A stretch of DNA of 63,395 nucleotides, the filler included, from Reticulomyxa filosa (lineage: Eukaryota > Protista > Foraminifera), in the NCBI GenBank assembly GCA_000512085.1. It is 13 parts of 13 records of this genome, joined end to end, with 100 filler letters (N's around TTAATTAATTAA, not from the genome) between each part and the next. Parts side by side here need not be neighbours in the genome. Positions count along the whole stretch, not along the records: positions 1 to 6,332 come from ASPP01034917.1; positions 6,433 to 8,185 come from ASPP01033517.1; positions 8,286 to 19,901 come from ASPP01004829.1; 10 more parts are not named here. One strand, 5' to 3'. Positions within the stretch are counted from its first letter, which is position 1. Each line of letters begins with the position of its first letter. Position numbers and translations under genes: made by a program. This document shows, one piece after another, positions 1 to 12,587 of the stretch. The notes beneath the pieces were generated by a model. That model was given only the letters and a program-made list of their open reading frames with translations, searched no databases and was not told the origin of the DNA.

Positions 1-1024
1 TTCATCGATCGAAATTGATGGTCCATAATGATCATTACGTGGAATTACAAAAAAATATCATCGACAATGGGGAGGGGGGTTAATTGTTACAACGAAGTCT
101 CTCAATGCTAATGTACGTATTAGTTTTTTGAGCTTTTTTTATTAGATCATGTTTTTATGTATTTTTTTGTTACTTTATTGTGACTAAATAAGGAAGCAAG
201 CTAAAAACTCATTTCAATTGCAACAAAACCAAAATTTCTAAACATTCCAAGGGTGGGAATCGGATTAGCAAATATAATGTTTGCTGTTTTAAGTTTTGGT
301 CTCTTGTCAAAAAATACAGTTTAAAAAAAAGGACTACTGTAGAATCCCTAACAGTGGAGAGAAATCAGCTTAATGAACGTGGACAAGGTTTGCAATTGGT
401 CCTTAAAGTCAAAATCCTCCAAGAAAGACATGACACCACAATTTGGACAAGTGGCGGAAACTCTACAGCGACGATTGGGTGTGCGTCAAGACCGCAGAAT
501 ACTTGAAGCTGGAGGTACATTGAAACTAACAACGATGACAGATTCTAAAAATTTTGCGCAGCTGGACGAGCACAATAATAAAAACAGCATTGTGACAAAG
601 AGACACCACGAATCGGCCTCTTCGCATATCTTTTTAAACAAATTTGTAAACAAAGCCACATTGGGTCAAATCGCAAAAGGCTATTCTATTACTAACAATC
701 TTCGACACGCCAATTTTGACAACAACACACCTGTAGACAACGATGATGTGAACCAGCAGTCGACGATCTGACAATGCAAGATCGTACAATAAATTACTAT
801 AATTATGCACACTGCTCAAGTATCCGTAACTCTTCTATTATAGTCAATTCAACTTGATTATTGATGAAAAGGTGTTTTTTTAAATATACTTACATATTAC
901 GTATACATATGTATACATAATGTACACAAAAACATACCTATGTTAATTATAATCCCTTTTTAATTTATTAAATTGCATATCGATTTTTAACAACTTAAAA
1001 AAACAATCTGTTGACTTTTTGCAG

Positions 1025-2450
1025 GTGTGATCAAATAAAGACGATTAGACAAATTCAATATGAAAGGTGACAATGGTAATAACTACTCTACCACCAAAGA
1101 GGGCCATGGCTTGTTTATCACAAGGAAAAAAATTATCAAACAACTCACAATGAAGAAGTCTTCTTCGAAGTGAGCGACTGTGTCTTGCTTAAAGACAAAA
1201 TCACGGGTCAATCTCAGCTTTTTTCTTTTCACATACACATTTTCTCAACTTTAAGCGTCTCAAATTTGAGTATATCCAAAAAGAATGTATATAAATATAT
1301 TTATATTTCCATATTGGACAAGCCGCCATGTTAGATATGCTAATTGTAAGATTGGAGCCACTTGCAAATGGTTTGAAGGGCAAAGGTATAAACACTGAAA
1401 AGTCTTTGTTTTATTTTGAATAGAAAAGAAGAGAAGAGAAATGTAGGATGTATTGACAAGACATTCTTATTTGATGATTGAATGAAAAAAAAGATACTTT
1501 GAATGCAAATCGGGATGCGGCTACTGTGCATGCGTCGGCGATGTGAACTTAATAGTGAAAACGTGTGCAGAAGTGCTGAAGGGAGAAACCCCCTGAAGAA
1601 CTGGATATGGAACCTCCTTCGAATTATCAGTCGACGGATAGATCGGGCGTGGTGATTACCAAAGACAAGAATGCGCAAGACAACGAGTTTGAATTGAATA
1701 ACCAGTTTACTGCCATCAGCAAAGATGGAGTTGAATCAAAACTAGTTATTGATGTGGACAGTATTATCATGTTGAAGAATGGAGTTGAGATATTATTATT
1801 ATTTTTTTGGAGGGGGGGAACACACATTATTTTATAAGAACATTTTGGATTGAATTGCTTTGAATTTTTTGGATTGTCAGATACTCTGGGCGAAAGTACA
1901 TTAACAAAGTGTTCCTAATTGGAATTGCAACATTGGTGGCCCAACGGAGGTGATGGGAATGCAGATAGCAAAGAGTATTTCAAATATCAGCATGGCTATT
2001 CGCGAAATGACATTGAAAGAATCGTGGGGCCCCTGTGACGAGTCTTCAAACAGCTACCAATTGTCAAAGATCGCGTGAAGCATATTCGACGGACAGACAG
2101 GAGTGATTCAGTTCGTTGGGACCACGGAATTTTGCCAAAGGGACAATGATCGGACTCGAACATTGACGATGTGATCAAACGCGTGCGAGTCGAGCACGAT
2201 GGTGAATATCTTCCCCTTTCGAATGTGCCACCTGCGATGCAAAAAGCCTCGGCTGTGAAAGTCGGTGATAGAGTCATTCTCAACACCAGGCGACATTAGT
2301 AAGGTTGTATTTATGGGGTCGGTCAGCTTTGACGACCGAAAAATGTTTTGCATTTTGTTAGATAATTGGTTCGCCCAACGGCCACGACGGGAACTGTGGA
2401 TGCCACGCAACACTTTGTGGCGCATGAAGGAAGAAATTGTACAATGAGAC
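1025..2450 (+). pseudogene. Decayed multi-CAP-Gly repeat protein gene
   Basis: Frame-broken CAP-Gly-like pieces recur: LDKFNMKGDNGNNYSTTKEGHGLFITRKKI (~1045-1140), KRYFECKSGCGY (~1490), LELQHWWPNGGDGNADSKEYF (~1920-1985), KDRVK..DGQTGVIQFVGTTEF (~2065-2135), KVGDRVIL..KVVFMGSVSF..LLDNW.PNGHDG (~2260-2400). Many stops and frameshifts. Confidence 0.6.
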
Positions 2451-4739
2451 CAAAATGATAACCAAACAAAAGAATGTGAAAAGCAACAAGCGACGGAATT
2501 CGATGGAATTGAAGCCTGTCAATGAAGACGAACCAAAGTCTGTTCAAATATATCAAGGTGATAATCGAATGTTCCTGATTTGTCATCCAAACACCACTAC
2601 ATAAGAAACATCCATTTCATGATGACCAATCAGTTATAACTAGCATTACCAATTATTTGCAATATGCTTATGAAGAGATTTACAGCAACGAGTTAAATAC
2701 TTTCTCAAAATTATAGCATTGTTTTATTTTCATCCCATTTTTTTTTTTTGTCATCACAACGTATACATCTCTTTTTTTTTTTTGTTTTGCTTGGGAATGA
2801 CTAAGATGTGAAAGAGACCAGCATAACGTATAAATACAAAGAACTTTCAGTATTATTTGTGTTGGATGAATAAATATAATTTATCTCAATACACATCTCA
2901 TTTATGAATTGCATTTCACAATTCGAGTGTCAGACCACATTAAATCACGTATGCCGACCCATGTGGTACACTACCACATCGTCGAACGCATTTGGCATGG
3001 TCAATGGCTACTGTGGAGGGAAACTAAAACAAGAGGCAAACATATAACAAACGAATGATCCAGATGGACGGCAATGGAAAATCAAGAGAAAAATATTGAT
3101 TGGGTTGTTGGCAACTGGGATCCGTTCTTTGCATGGTGTGTACACTTGACAAAGACAAACATATATATACATATATAAAGTGACACAGTTGTCGAGAGAA
3201 GAGAGTGAACAGAAATTAAAACGCTTGCCGTTTCTCTTCCTCGTTTTCATCGCAGCGTTCATACGAAACTTTGAGCAATGTGCTGAAACACTATGTCACT
3301 CCAAATTAATTGGTTTTGAAAGTTTGGAGTCTATGTTTAAATATATGTGTGTTTAGTCCATATTCCTGATTATACATTGCTTATTTGTTGGTGAAAAAGT
3401 AGATAGACAAAAGTACCTCTCAAAAATATATTGGCAACTGAGAAGAATTGATTATGTATAAATACGAAGAAATAGTGGTAAATAAATATCAGGAATAATA
3501 ACAAGTATCAAAACAATTCATTGACATTAGTTTCACATGAATGTATTTAATTTTACAACGACACCCGAATTAATCCATCATATGGATCGTCAAGCGAGCG
3601 GATTGACGGTGTTTGGTAAATTTTTAATTACTATCAAAGAATCTCTCTCATGCGTAGGGAGTATCTGTTCTGTCATGGCTCCTTCACATTACCAACAACT
3701 ATTGGTGATGATGAGTTCGATGAATTGCTCATTGAATTAGGTCAATATCGATCAGTTGTGCATAATGTTTTTTTTATATATACATTTCTTCATTGTGATT
3801 ATGCACAACACTAGAATCTATTAACATCAATATGGGGAAAAAAAAAAGATTTGTAAAAAATTAAGAAATAATGGAATGGCTTCCGAATGATAGAACAAGT
3901 GCTTATTTTGATCTCAAGTGTTTCAAAAACAAAAAAATACCATGTAGTAGCAAGAAGAAAAGAAATCGGCTTAACGAAAATTGGATTGTTTTAGAAAATT
4001 GACTGAACCCTCATGCACCACTTGACACGACTGTGGAGTTGGAATGATTTAATCTTGCCCAAACCAACAAAAACTATTGGCGTAGAAGATAGAAAAACAA
4101 AAACACAATAAAAATTGAGCAAAGAAGAAGAAGATTATTATTATTATTGACAACATGTTTCAAGTTTTTTAAAGCTGACAAATTTTGAAATATGTCAATC
4201 ATCATCGCGATGAAACTTTGAAGAAAATGAACAAAAAGTCAATTACCACAACATGGAGAAACACACATAATCTCTTATATTAATTGTGACATGGAAATGT
4301 CAAGAATATATCAAATACGTTTGTCATCCACCACTTCTAATCCGAAGTATGATGATTGCAAACTTTATTGTCGAAAAGAAGTTATCAAACATTGAGATTG
4401 TAAAGTGAAAAAATGATTACTGATATATATTTTCGCCATTATCACTTTTTCATGCTTTTAATTTTTTCACAATCCTCTTTTTTCTGCTTTTTTTGAAATC
4501 TTTTGTTAATTTTCGTAGCTAAAGAATTTGCACTTCCAATCACTAATATTACTACCATTTTTGTTTTTGTTGGCTTAATTGGGTTTAGACTCTACTTTTT
4601 CTTTATCGTCTTCTTGTTCCTTTCTGTTTATGCATTTTTCTTATTATCTACTCCTACATAATGACAAGAATCAATTCCTATTTCGCACAGTCGACGCTTA
4701 ATCATGGCTCTTTAAGCATTTATTGTTTTTTTTCTTTAT

Positions 4740-6332
4740 ACAATTGTCATTATCGCTGGGAATTCGCTGCAGCACTAATGACAATGTAAACAGCAAAAAG
4801 TGTCCATCCGCATTCCAATATTCCATTGATACATCTTGGAATATCTATTAAAAAAGTTCAAGTAACATATATCACACATATAAAATAAATAATCAATATA
4901 CGTATACAGATATTGTGTAGTTATTGAATATGTACATAAAAAAAAAAAAAAGCATATAAAAACTTTTCAAGCAATGGGCAAACACGAATTATAACGACAG
5001 GTAACTGAAAAGAGGACAGGCTCACAAACGATCAACCAAAATAACAGTAACTCCTTTGGAGGCCTTGTAAATGCGATTTTCAATTTCAATGATCACTATT
5101 CCAATCAATTATTCTGTTATTTTAGGACAATTGACTGATTTGGGAGAAAATTGGTATCATTGAAAAGGTTCGTCCCCTAGTGTTACCATTTTTTTTGAGT
5201 GATGGTCTTGTCAATAGTAGACCCTTCCACGTTTCGAGTCCGAGCGATTCGGTCTTTTTGGTAGCCAAACAATTCGTATCCACAGCAACTATGCTTATGA
5301 GATGAGATAGAGAGATAGAGAAAGAGGGACTCGATTGCTGACATAAAATGTTGTCCCAGTGCCACCAACACATTACCAATATTCAAACTTTTTTTCTTAA
5401 TTTGATAAATAATGGGGCGACTTTTGAATCGTCGATCCAATTATCTGCTGGCATGATGTTGCTTTTTGCGACAAATGCGCAATAACATTAGCTCTTCCAT
5501 GCACACCAAATCAAAGCAAATCGTAGAATATAGCAACGGCACCTAAATATTGTCGCGCAAAACATCAGTCCAATATATTGAAACAATTGACAAATAAGTA
5601 AACGATGGCATGGACTGCATTTCGTTGTTGTCACTACAAGCATCACTGGTGCTGCGCTTGACATTGTCACATTTGTCAAAAAGCTTCCATTATGTGAAAT
5701 CAGTCCATGAATAATAGTGCGCAAAGCCACTATTCGCGGGTGTGAAGAGCCATTTTATAACTGAAGCAAAATTAATAGACAGTAATTTTTCTTTATAAAA
5801 CAAATCCAACTCGGTATTCTCTGAATCGTCTTTCTGTTCGTCATCATATCTTCCCATCTTCTTGTTTGCTAATGATATTGACTTGAGTTTCGTAAAACTC
5901 ATCCACCAAATTGAACCACGATATCGGAAGAAGAGTTCCGTGTGAGAGTGTCTTACTCGATCATTGTGTGTAATCATTTATTTCCTACAACATCCGCATT
6001 CTCTTATTGTTTTTCATTCCTTCTACCAATCCAGTTGCTGCTGTTGTTGCAATACCGCAATATCGTTTCCATTTTAAGCGTTATTGTCATATCTTTTTTT
6101 TCCCTTTCTTTTTGATAAGTTTGTATTCGTTTGTAGTTGGACACCACCAAGATCCAAACTATCGGCGATTGAACTGGGATAATTTTTTTCAATTGCTTCA
6201 ATGCCATTATATAATTGGTATTTTCTAAAATACCAAATTCATTCGATCTTGTCACCACTGTAACGAGAGACACGTTTTGGCCTTGGATAATGGTTGTTGC
6301 TGGAATTCTCGCATTCATCACAAATGCGCTCG
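4740..6332 (-). pseudogene. Decayed gene, possibly ceramide/sphingosine kinase (DAGK-like) family
   Basis: Broken ORFs with CVGGTGTTFYV (GGDG-like), ISIVAVDTNCLA (IPxGxxNxLA-like) and EYWNADGHFL (WNxDGE-like) in the expected order. Confidence 0.4.
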
Positions 6333-6432
6333 NNNNNNNNNNNNNNNNNNNNNNNNNNNNNNNNNNNNNNNNNNNNTTAATTAATTAANNNNNNNNNNNN
6401 NNNNNNNNNNNNNNNNNNNNNNNNNNNNNNNN
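6333..6432. other. Artificial contig linker (N44-TTAATTAATTAA-N44), first of 12
   Basis: Identical 100-bp linkers with stops in all six frames at 6333-6432, 8186-8285, 19902-20001, 22060-22159, 23595-23694, 33678-33777, 37695-37794, 40140-40239, 42144-42243, 46443-46542, 55634-55733, 61129-61228. Confidence 0.99.
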
Positions 6433-6814
6433 GATAATATTCAACCAATTCAAATATTAAGTATTAAGGTTGAAATTTCATGCTTCATTCTCAAAATGTG
6501 TCACTAAATTGATCACACTTTTTGATTCACTCCAAAAAAAGGCCACTTTTGTAAGATTTATATAATAATCCAGTATGACACCAAACATTATAATAGATTT
6601 AATTTTTATCGGTTTAAAAATATAAAATAACACTAAGCTGGAAATATGCCAAAAAAAGGCTTCGTCACCTTCAATAAATCAACAAGCACAATCGAACAAT
6701 GAGCTATTACCTCACTTAAGGTATAAAAAACTACAGAAAGCAGAACTGACCAGGCGCAGCCTAAGCAACAAAATTAGGAGGAGAATAGACAATTTAAAAT
6801 AAAAATTGTTTTGT

Positions 6815-7600
6815 ATGGACTCCATTTTCTCGCCTGAAAAACGTTTCATTACAGAAGGTATTGAAGATGTTATTCGAATTGATCAGACAAAGGTTGGTTT
6901 GTCAATGAATCTAGTCAGCGAATTATGTAAACTGACTTTGGAACCGAACACAGATTAGAACTGCGATCTTTTGATCTGTCATTGGACATTTTACCTCACT
7001 GTACCAGCTCACCGAAAATCAATTTACATGGAACGGAAGTGATTGTAGTTATAAAACTTGAGACAAGTGAGCCAAATGCGAGACCACATACATTGGAAAA
7101 ATAAATTGTTCTGTTTTATAATATTGTTTGTCATTCATTTTTTTTTTTAAATATATTGCTTTTTTCAAATACAAAAAAATAATAAAAAAAAGGGAACTGG
7201 AAAAATTACTGACATAAATGAAGTATAGATCTGATATATGAATATGCACAAAATATCTGTGTTGGATACTTTGGATCGATTGCGTGATGCTGTCAAACAA
7301 TGGCAATATATTAGACGCATTATTTTTAGGATATCACGCATGTATACAATACTTAGAATTGACATACGTGGAAGTGTTAAAGCATTACGATTGTTTAGCA
7401 TACAGTTTCGTACTTGCATTACTAGTCTTTCGTGGTGCGCTGCCACTAGCTCTGACTATGTATGTCTATGTTTCACTCCAGGATCCGACTCAAAGCCAAG
7501 TCTAGTGTCAATGATATTGATATTTTTTCATCTTGGTCACGTACGAACGTGCAAATGGACGTCGTCACCGGCTCCAAAAGAAGTATAGTTTTGAACGGAG
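6815..7600 (+). pseudogene. Exosome subunit Rrp42 (EXOSC7)-like pseudogene
   Basis: MDSIFSPEKRFITEGIEDVIRID (Rrp42 N-terminal EKxFIxxGIxxxxRxD), KYLCWILWIDCVMLSNNGNILDALFLG (RNase PH CWxLxIDxxxLxxxGNxxDA) and LPLALT..QDPT. In-frame stops and shifts. Confidence 0.65.
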
Positions 7601-8285
7601 TCATGATCAAACTATCGGTTATCGCATATTGATAACAATGAAAAGATCTTGAAAAAGTGATGACAAAATTGATCCACCAATCCGGCCCCAAATTCATTGG
7701 CAAAGTCGTCCGTTGTAAATTTTGACCAGTTGATCGTGCAGATAATAATCGGGGCCCAACTACCACAAGCAATAGCTGGACATGATATGTGGTGCTGGAA
7801 CATTCCTAAAACCAAGTTCATTGCGTCTTGCTTATATTATCTTTAAAGTTGTTTTCGCATTGTCGTAAAAACTCGACGAGCATTTCCTTTGGTCGCGAAC
7901 TGCAGTCACGTTGTTGGAGCAATAACTTTGAGCATACGTTTTTTTATTCTTCATCTGTCGACGCATCTGAGATCCTCCATGCGCAGTGCCAAGCAATCGC
8001 CTATGTGCTAGTACATTTGCAACAGCACACGAATGATACCAGATTGGCGGTCCAACAAATGTGTATCCAACAGTCCAATGGCGCACAAATGTTATCACAA
8101 AGTCACGTGTCCAGCGAGTCGATACAATTGCAACCACAAACGCCAGCTTGGAACGAGCACACTTCAAAATACAGTAGTTTTTTTTNNNNNNNNNNNNNNN
8201 NNNNNNNNNNNNNNNNNNNNNNNNNNNNNTTAATTAATTAANNNNNNNNNNNNNNNNNNNNNNNNNNNNNNNNNNNNNNNNNNNN

Positions 8286-8936
8286 AGGTTGCATCTTTTT
8301 TAAAAAAAAAAAAAATTTATTAAAAAAAAAAAGTGCAATCACCTGAATACGCTGCTCTTCCGTTTTTTTGGAATCCAATAGCTCTTTTTTTTTTTTTTGT
8401 GTGGACTTCTCTTGTTGATAGGCCTTGGTTTCTTCCGAAACAGTTTCCTTCATTTCGAAATATGGTTTGAATGTTTTTGCTTCATTTTCGTCAATGTCAC
8501 TCTCTCCACTCAAGTAGCTTAGGTCGAAAAAACAGTCCAATCCATCGTTTACAAATTCTTGCTTTTTCCAATATTTTTGACTCTTGTCAAATCCCAACTC
8601 TTTTTCCAAATGTGATATTTCGTTTGCAAATGGGTCGTCGTTTTCCTCTTCTTTTTTTTTTTTCCTTTTGGCAAATGCTTGCGACTTTTTCTTACGCTTG
8701 TTGTCTCCTTGATTTTCAAATCTTTTCTGTGAATCTTCTTCTTCTGCTCTCAAGTGCTTAAATTTTCCTTGCTTGTACTTGCCATTTTGATATTTTGGCT
8801 GCGGTGCTTCTTGGCTTGGATTTGCTTGTTGCGCCCAGTTCTTTGAACGTTTCATTTTACGCAACACCTTTCTCTTTTGTTGTTTATCCGACCGTCGGTC
8901 TTGTTTTCTATCAAATCTTGTTGGAATATATGGCAT
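8286..8936 (-). CDS. NOM1: Nucleolar MIF4G-domain protein NOM1/Sgd1-like, N-terminal part (truncated by contig end)
   Basis: Basic N-terminus followed by EISHLEKELG...EFVNDGLD, matching the NOM1/Sgd1 EIxxLEKKLG...xxDGL motif. Confidence 0.6.
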
Positions 8937-9667
8937 TTTGTCTTGATAATTATTTATGTCGATTAAAAGGGGGTTTTTATTATAGACCCCAAACAAGGTC
9001 GTTCAAAACTCTCTAACTCGTCAGAAGAGAAAAAATCAAAATATTCCAACTTTTATATTTAAATGTTCTTACTTTGGCTAAACCCAAAAAGAGCGAGTAA
9101 TACGACCAACTTATATTTTTGATCAAGAAAACAACTGTGTAGATCGGCTTAACCACCATTGTCTATGCCCGAAGACGGATAAAAAGAACTGTATGCACTT
9201 TTTATCCTTTTCCCTCATTCTTTCGCATTTACCGCAATATCTCTTAACAAAAGTGCAAAAAAAATTCAAAGAAAAAATAATTGCCAAAATGAATTCATTA
9301 GAACAAGACCTTTTTGTTTTTTTCCACATAGGTACAACAAACTATTTCATAAATAAAAAAAAATTGTTTCAATTTTATTAGTAACAATAAGGTGCAAAAC
9401 GATACTGCTGCGCAATATTAACTCTGAGAATCGTAAGGTATTTGAAACTTCGTAAAAAAAACAGACCAAAGAAATTTAAAAGAAAAAAACACTTCAAAAG
9501 GCAACGACTCAAATTTGAAGCGTTTGTTACTTTTCCGAGTTTTTTGTTATTGTTAAACAGTTCACAGATGTGTTAAAAAACCAGTTGGAAGTTAATGTTT
9601 GGAAAAGAAAGGCTACCTTTAGCAACAGTAAGGAGAAGTGAGAACAAAATTTTGCTTAGTCACCATT

Positions 9668-10384
9668 TCATTTAAGTGCAGAAGGTCCTGTTTCCAACTT
9701 TGGAATGGTGATTGTTCCTGTGCCCCTGGCAGGACCATATGCGAATTGCAAGTTGATGTCTTGTGGTTGCCCTGGATGATGCGCTGGATTATTGTCTACT
9801 AAGCAAATGCAGTACGTGCAAGTAAGCAATTAGAATACGTGGATAAGAATGGGACAAAAAAAAAAAAAAAAAAAAAGAGGGGAGAAGTACGTAAAATCGA
9901 ATTCTCCTTTTCATAAAAGTTTCTATTATAACTTTTTTTTCCCTCCCTCCCTAGCCTCTTAAAAAAGAAAAAAATGTTAACCTGTGTCCATTGGCCTCAT
10001 GTTTGGTGGTCCATGATGAAGACCAATACCGGGGTGTGGCTGGAAGAAACCAGGATGCCCACCGAGTTGTGGGGGTTGGCCGAATGTGGGCGGCATCATT
10101 GGATTAAATGGTGGCATGGGATGCATAGGTAGTCCAGGAACCAATGGCTGCGCGGCAGTAGGTTGTGCGGTAGAAACATGTGGTGACACGACTTGAATTA
10201 TCACTTTGCCCATTCCTGGAATTATCACTCCATCTTCTCCGCTTAATATTTCTTTTTTCAAAAATTGCATGTAATAAGCTCTCACATTGTCTTGATGACG
10301 ACGGCCAGACATGTGCTGCCTTCGACCACTGAACGAATCATGAGTTAAATACACATCGCAATAATCACAAAAAAATCGCGGCAT
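9668..10384 (-). CDS. SNRPC: U1 snRNP protein C, 2 exons
   Basis: MPRFFCDYCDVYLTHDS..RRQHMSGRRHQDNV U1-C zinc finger and Pro/Met-rich tail. An intron at 9799-9981 (GTTAAC..TTAG) gives an in-frame last exon ending GPSALK*. Confidence 0.95.
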
Positions 10385-10933
10385 ATCAATCAATTTGCTA
10401 ATTAATCACTAAAACCCCTTTTTTTTGTTCAAAACCCTAAGAAATTTCTGACATTCAATTTTGGGCTTGCAATGCAGACAATTTCATTGTAAAAAAATTG
10501 TAAAGAAATTAACAAAATGGTGGTCACTTATTCACGTTTCAAATAAACCGAAACAGCTTGACATTTAACAAAAAATTGTACTACCTCAACAAAAAACAAA
10601 TAGAAAAATATCTTCGTCATATTAGCTTTAAGAACTTCAAGTCAAGTGAGAGAAAGGTCAACAATTTATTACATTAATCTAAATACTGCTGTAATTTCGA
10701 TCACTGCGCTAACAATAGTGTATCGTATACTATATCATATTAGTATAATTGCAATTTTAACCTTTCTCGTATCAATGCAATTGCTAAGTGCGTAAGTTAG
10801 AAGAAACTCGAGTACAAGTATGCGACGGATTATCATAAACAAGAAAGTATTGTTCAGTTTTTCTTTTCGATATTTAGAAAGTGACAAATTTTATTATGAA
10901 TAAACAACATCAGAACATATTTGAGTAATAATA

Positions 10934-11164
10934 TGTGTGACGTCTGCTGATAAAAGATTACACTAAAGGTAATACGAAAAATTTCAATCAAAAAGATATC
11001 TGTTTTCGATAAAACAAAAGTAAATTAAGTAAATGAAAGATTAATAACACAATAAAGAAAGAAAATAAACAAAGATTGAAGAAAATTTGTGGAGAAGTTT
11101 AGCCCACTTGTGGATCCTCAACTCTTCCAGAATTCAGCAATCTATAGTATTGACTTGCCATACA
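10934..11164 (+). mobile_element. Dispersed ~230-bp repeat, probable solo LTR (copy 1)
   Basis: Aligns end to end with 48647-48869. TGT...ACA termini, internal AATAAA, flanked by AATA on both sides (possible 4-bp TSD). Confidence 0.6.
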
Positions 11165-11461
11165 AATATCTGTTTTCGTTCTAAAACTATATTTTTTGTG
11201 ATTATACTGTTTTACTCGTTAAAAGAAAAATATTTGAAAAAAGACATAAAAAAAATTTATAATGACAAACGAAATAATCACCCCAAAAATGTTGTTGATG
11301 AAACAACACAATAACTAAGTGGAATGAAGAAAAAAAAACAAAAAAACTAAAAATATCATAAATTTGCCAAGTTTTGACTTTTTCATTAAGAAAAACTAAA
11401 ATCATTGAAAAAGAAAAATTTTGTGACAAATTTCATTTTGACAAAGAAAAACACATATTAG

Positions 11462-11685
11462 TGTAAGAGCTGTTGCTGCAGAAGGAGACTGCACTAAATG
11501 TAATACGAAAAGTGATAAAATCTTTCGAGCAGATTTTCAACAACTCAAATTAATTTAAATAAAGAAAGAAGAAATGGCAAAAACAATAACGAAAGAGTAA
11601 AAGGAAAACAATCATATCCAAAAGACAATAAAGCGATTTTATACTGTTTTTCTTGTTATTGTTATTATCTAACCATTTCAACACA
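11462..11685 (+). repeat. Related LTR-like repeat
   Basis: Starts TGT and shares the core CTGCACTAAATGTAAT(A/T)CGAAA with the other two copies. The 3' end is uncertain and no TSD is seen. Confidence 0.35.
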
Positions 11686-12068
11686 AATTGTCCATCTAAT
11701 TTAATAGTATTGTATATTCACAAATAAATTTATATTCACTTTTTATTGTATGATAAGAATAACAAGCTCTTTGTTTATCATTTCCACAAATAAGGATTTC
11801 GTGTTTGTATAGCACACATTAAAAGTTAGAAAGTTGAATTTGCAGCTCATTCAAAATTTCAAGAGTCTATTGCTCATGCTGTTAATGTTAGGAACTGAAG
11901 TAGTTTATTTTTTTTTTTGTATACTTACAACTTTAAAAAACTCTAGAGGTTGCCAAAAGTGAATTATAAAATCCAAAAGAATAAAAAAATAAATATTTTC
12001 CATAAAGAACTCTTTTACATTTAACATTTAAAAAAACATATTAAAAACCATAGTAGAAACTTGGAAAG

Positions 12069-12312
12069 TCACAGCGCAGCAACGCCACCATTGTCATAAA
12101 TGTAAAGAATTGCATCGGAAGGATTTATTCCAGGAACAACAGTTTGGACGAAACGTATGACGTCTAAAGGATACGTCAATGTCGCGGCGGTGCCCCGGCC
12201 AAGGCCACTGCAATCAGTCGTTCACATATCCAAACGCGCTGATGGCGATCGCGTCATTCACTACCTACGCTTCGTACGACACAACTATACGTACGGAAAC
12301 ACTTGCAGTTGC
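12069..12312 (-). pseudogene. Mitochondrial carrier (SLC25) gene fragment
   Basis: GC-richer island reading QVFPY..VSYEA*..ERLIAVALAG/(shift)TAATLTYPLDVIR..YIYDNGGVAAL*, containing the carrier signature Px[DE]xx[KR]. Confidence 0.7.
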
Positions 12313-12587
12313 ATTTTTTTTTTTTAATTGTAACCAAATCATGCGAAAATTTGAAACTTGCCATTTTCAAAATTTACATTTTTTCCCAATTGATGCCAAA
12401 GCAGATGCCTCGTAAAACATGCCCGACCACACTTAAAAATTATAATTATCTCTTTATCGAACAAATTACAAGAGTTCTCAAACAACTGAAAAAAAATAAT
12501 TAATTACATAATCAACATAAAATTTAATGTCAGAGGAGAATTAAACCTTCACAAGTACACGTTACAATACGAAAAAAAGGATTTTTC

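Noticed and set aside
1-8185. Alternative genetic code explaining in-frame stops
   Set aside because: Conserved genes end normally in TAA (DNMT2), TAG (UBC, RPL8) and TGA (U1-C), and the stop-containing regions also have frameshifts.
12061-12312. GC-rich island as a structured ncRNA (RNase MRP/P-like GGAAAGTC)
   Set aside because: No matching downstream conserved region is visible, and the minus strand reads as a mitochondrial-carrier fragment.
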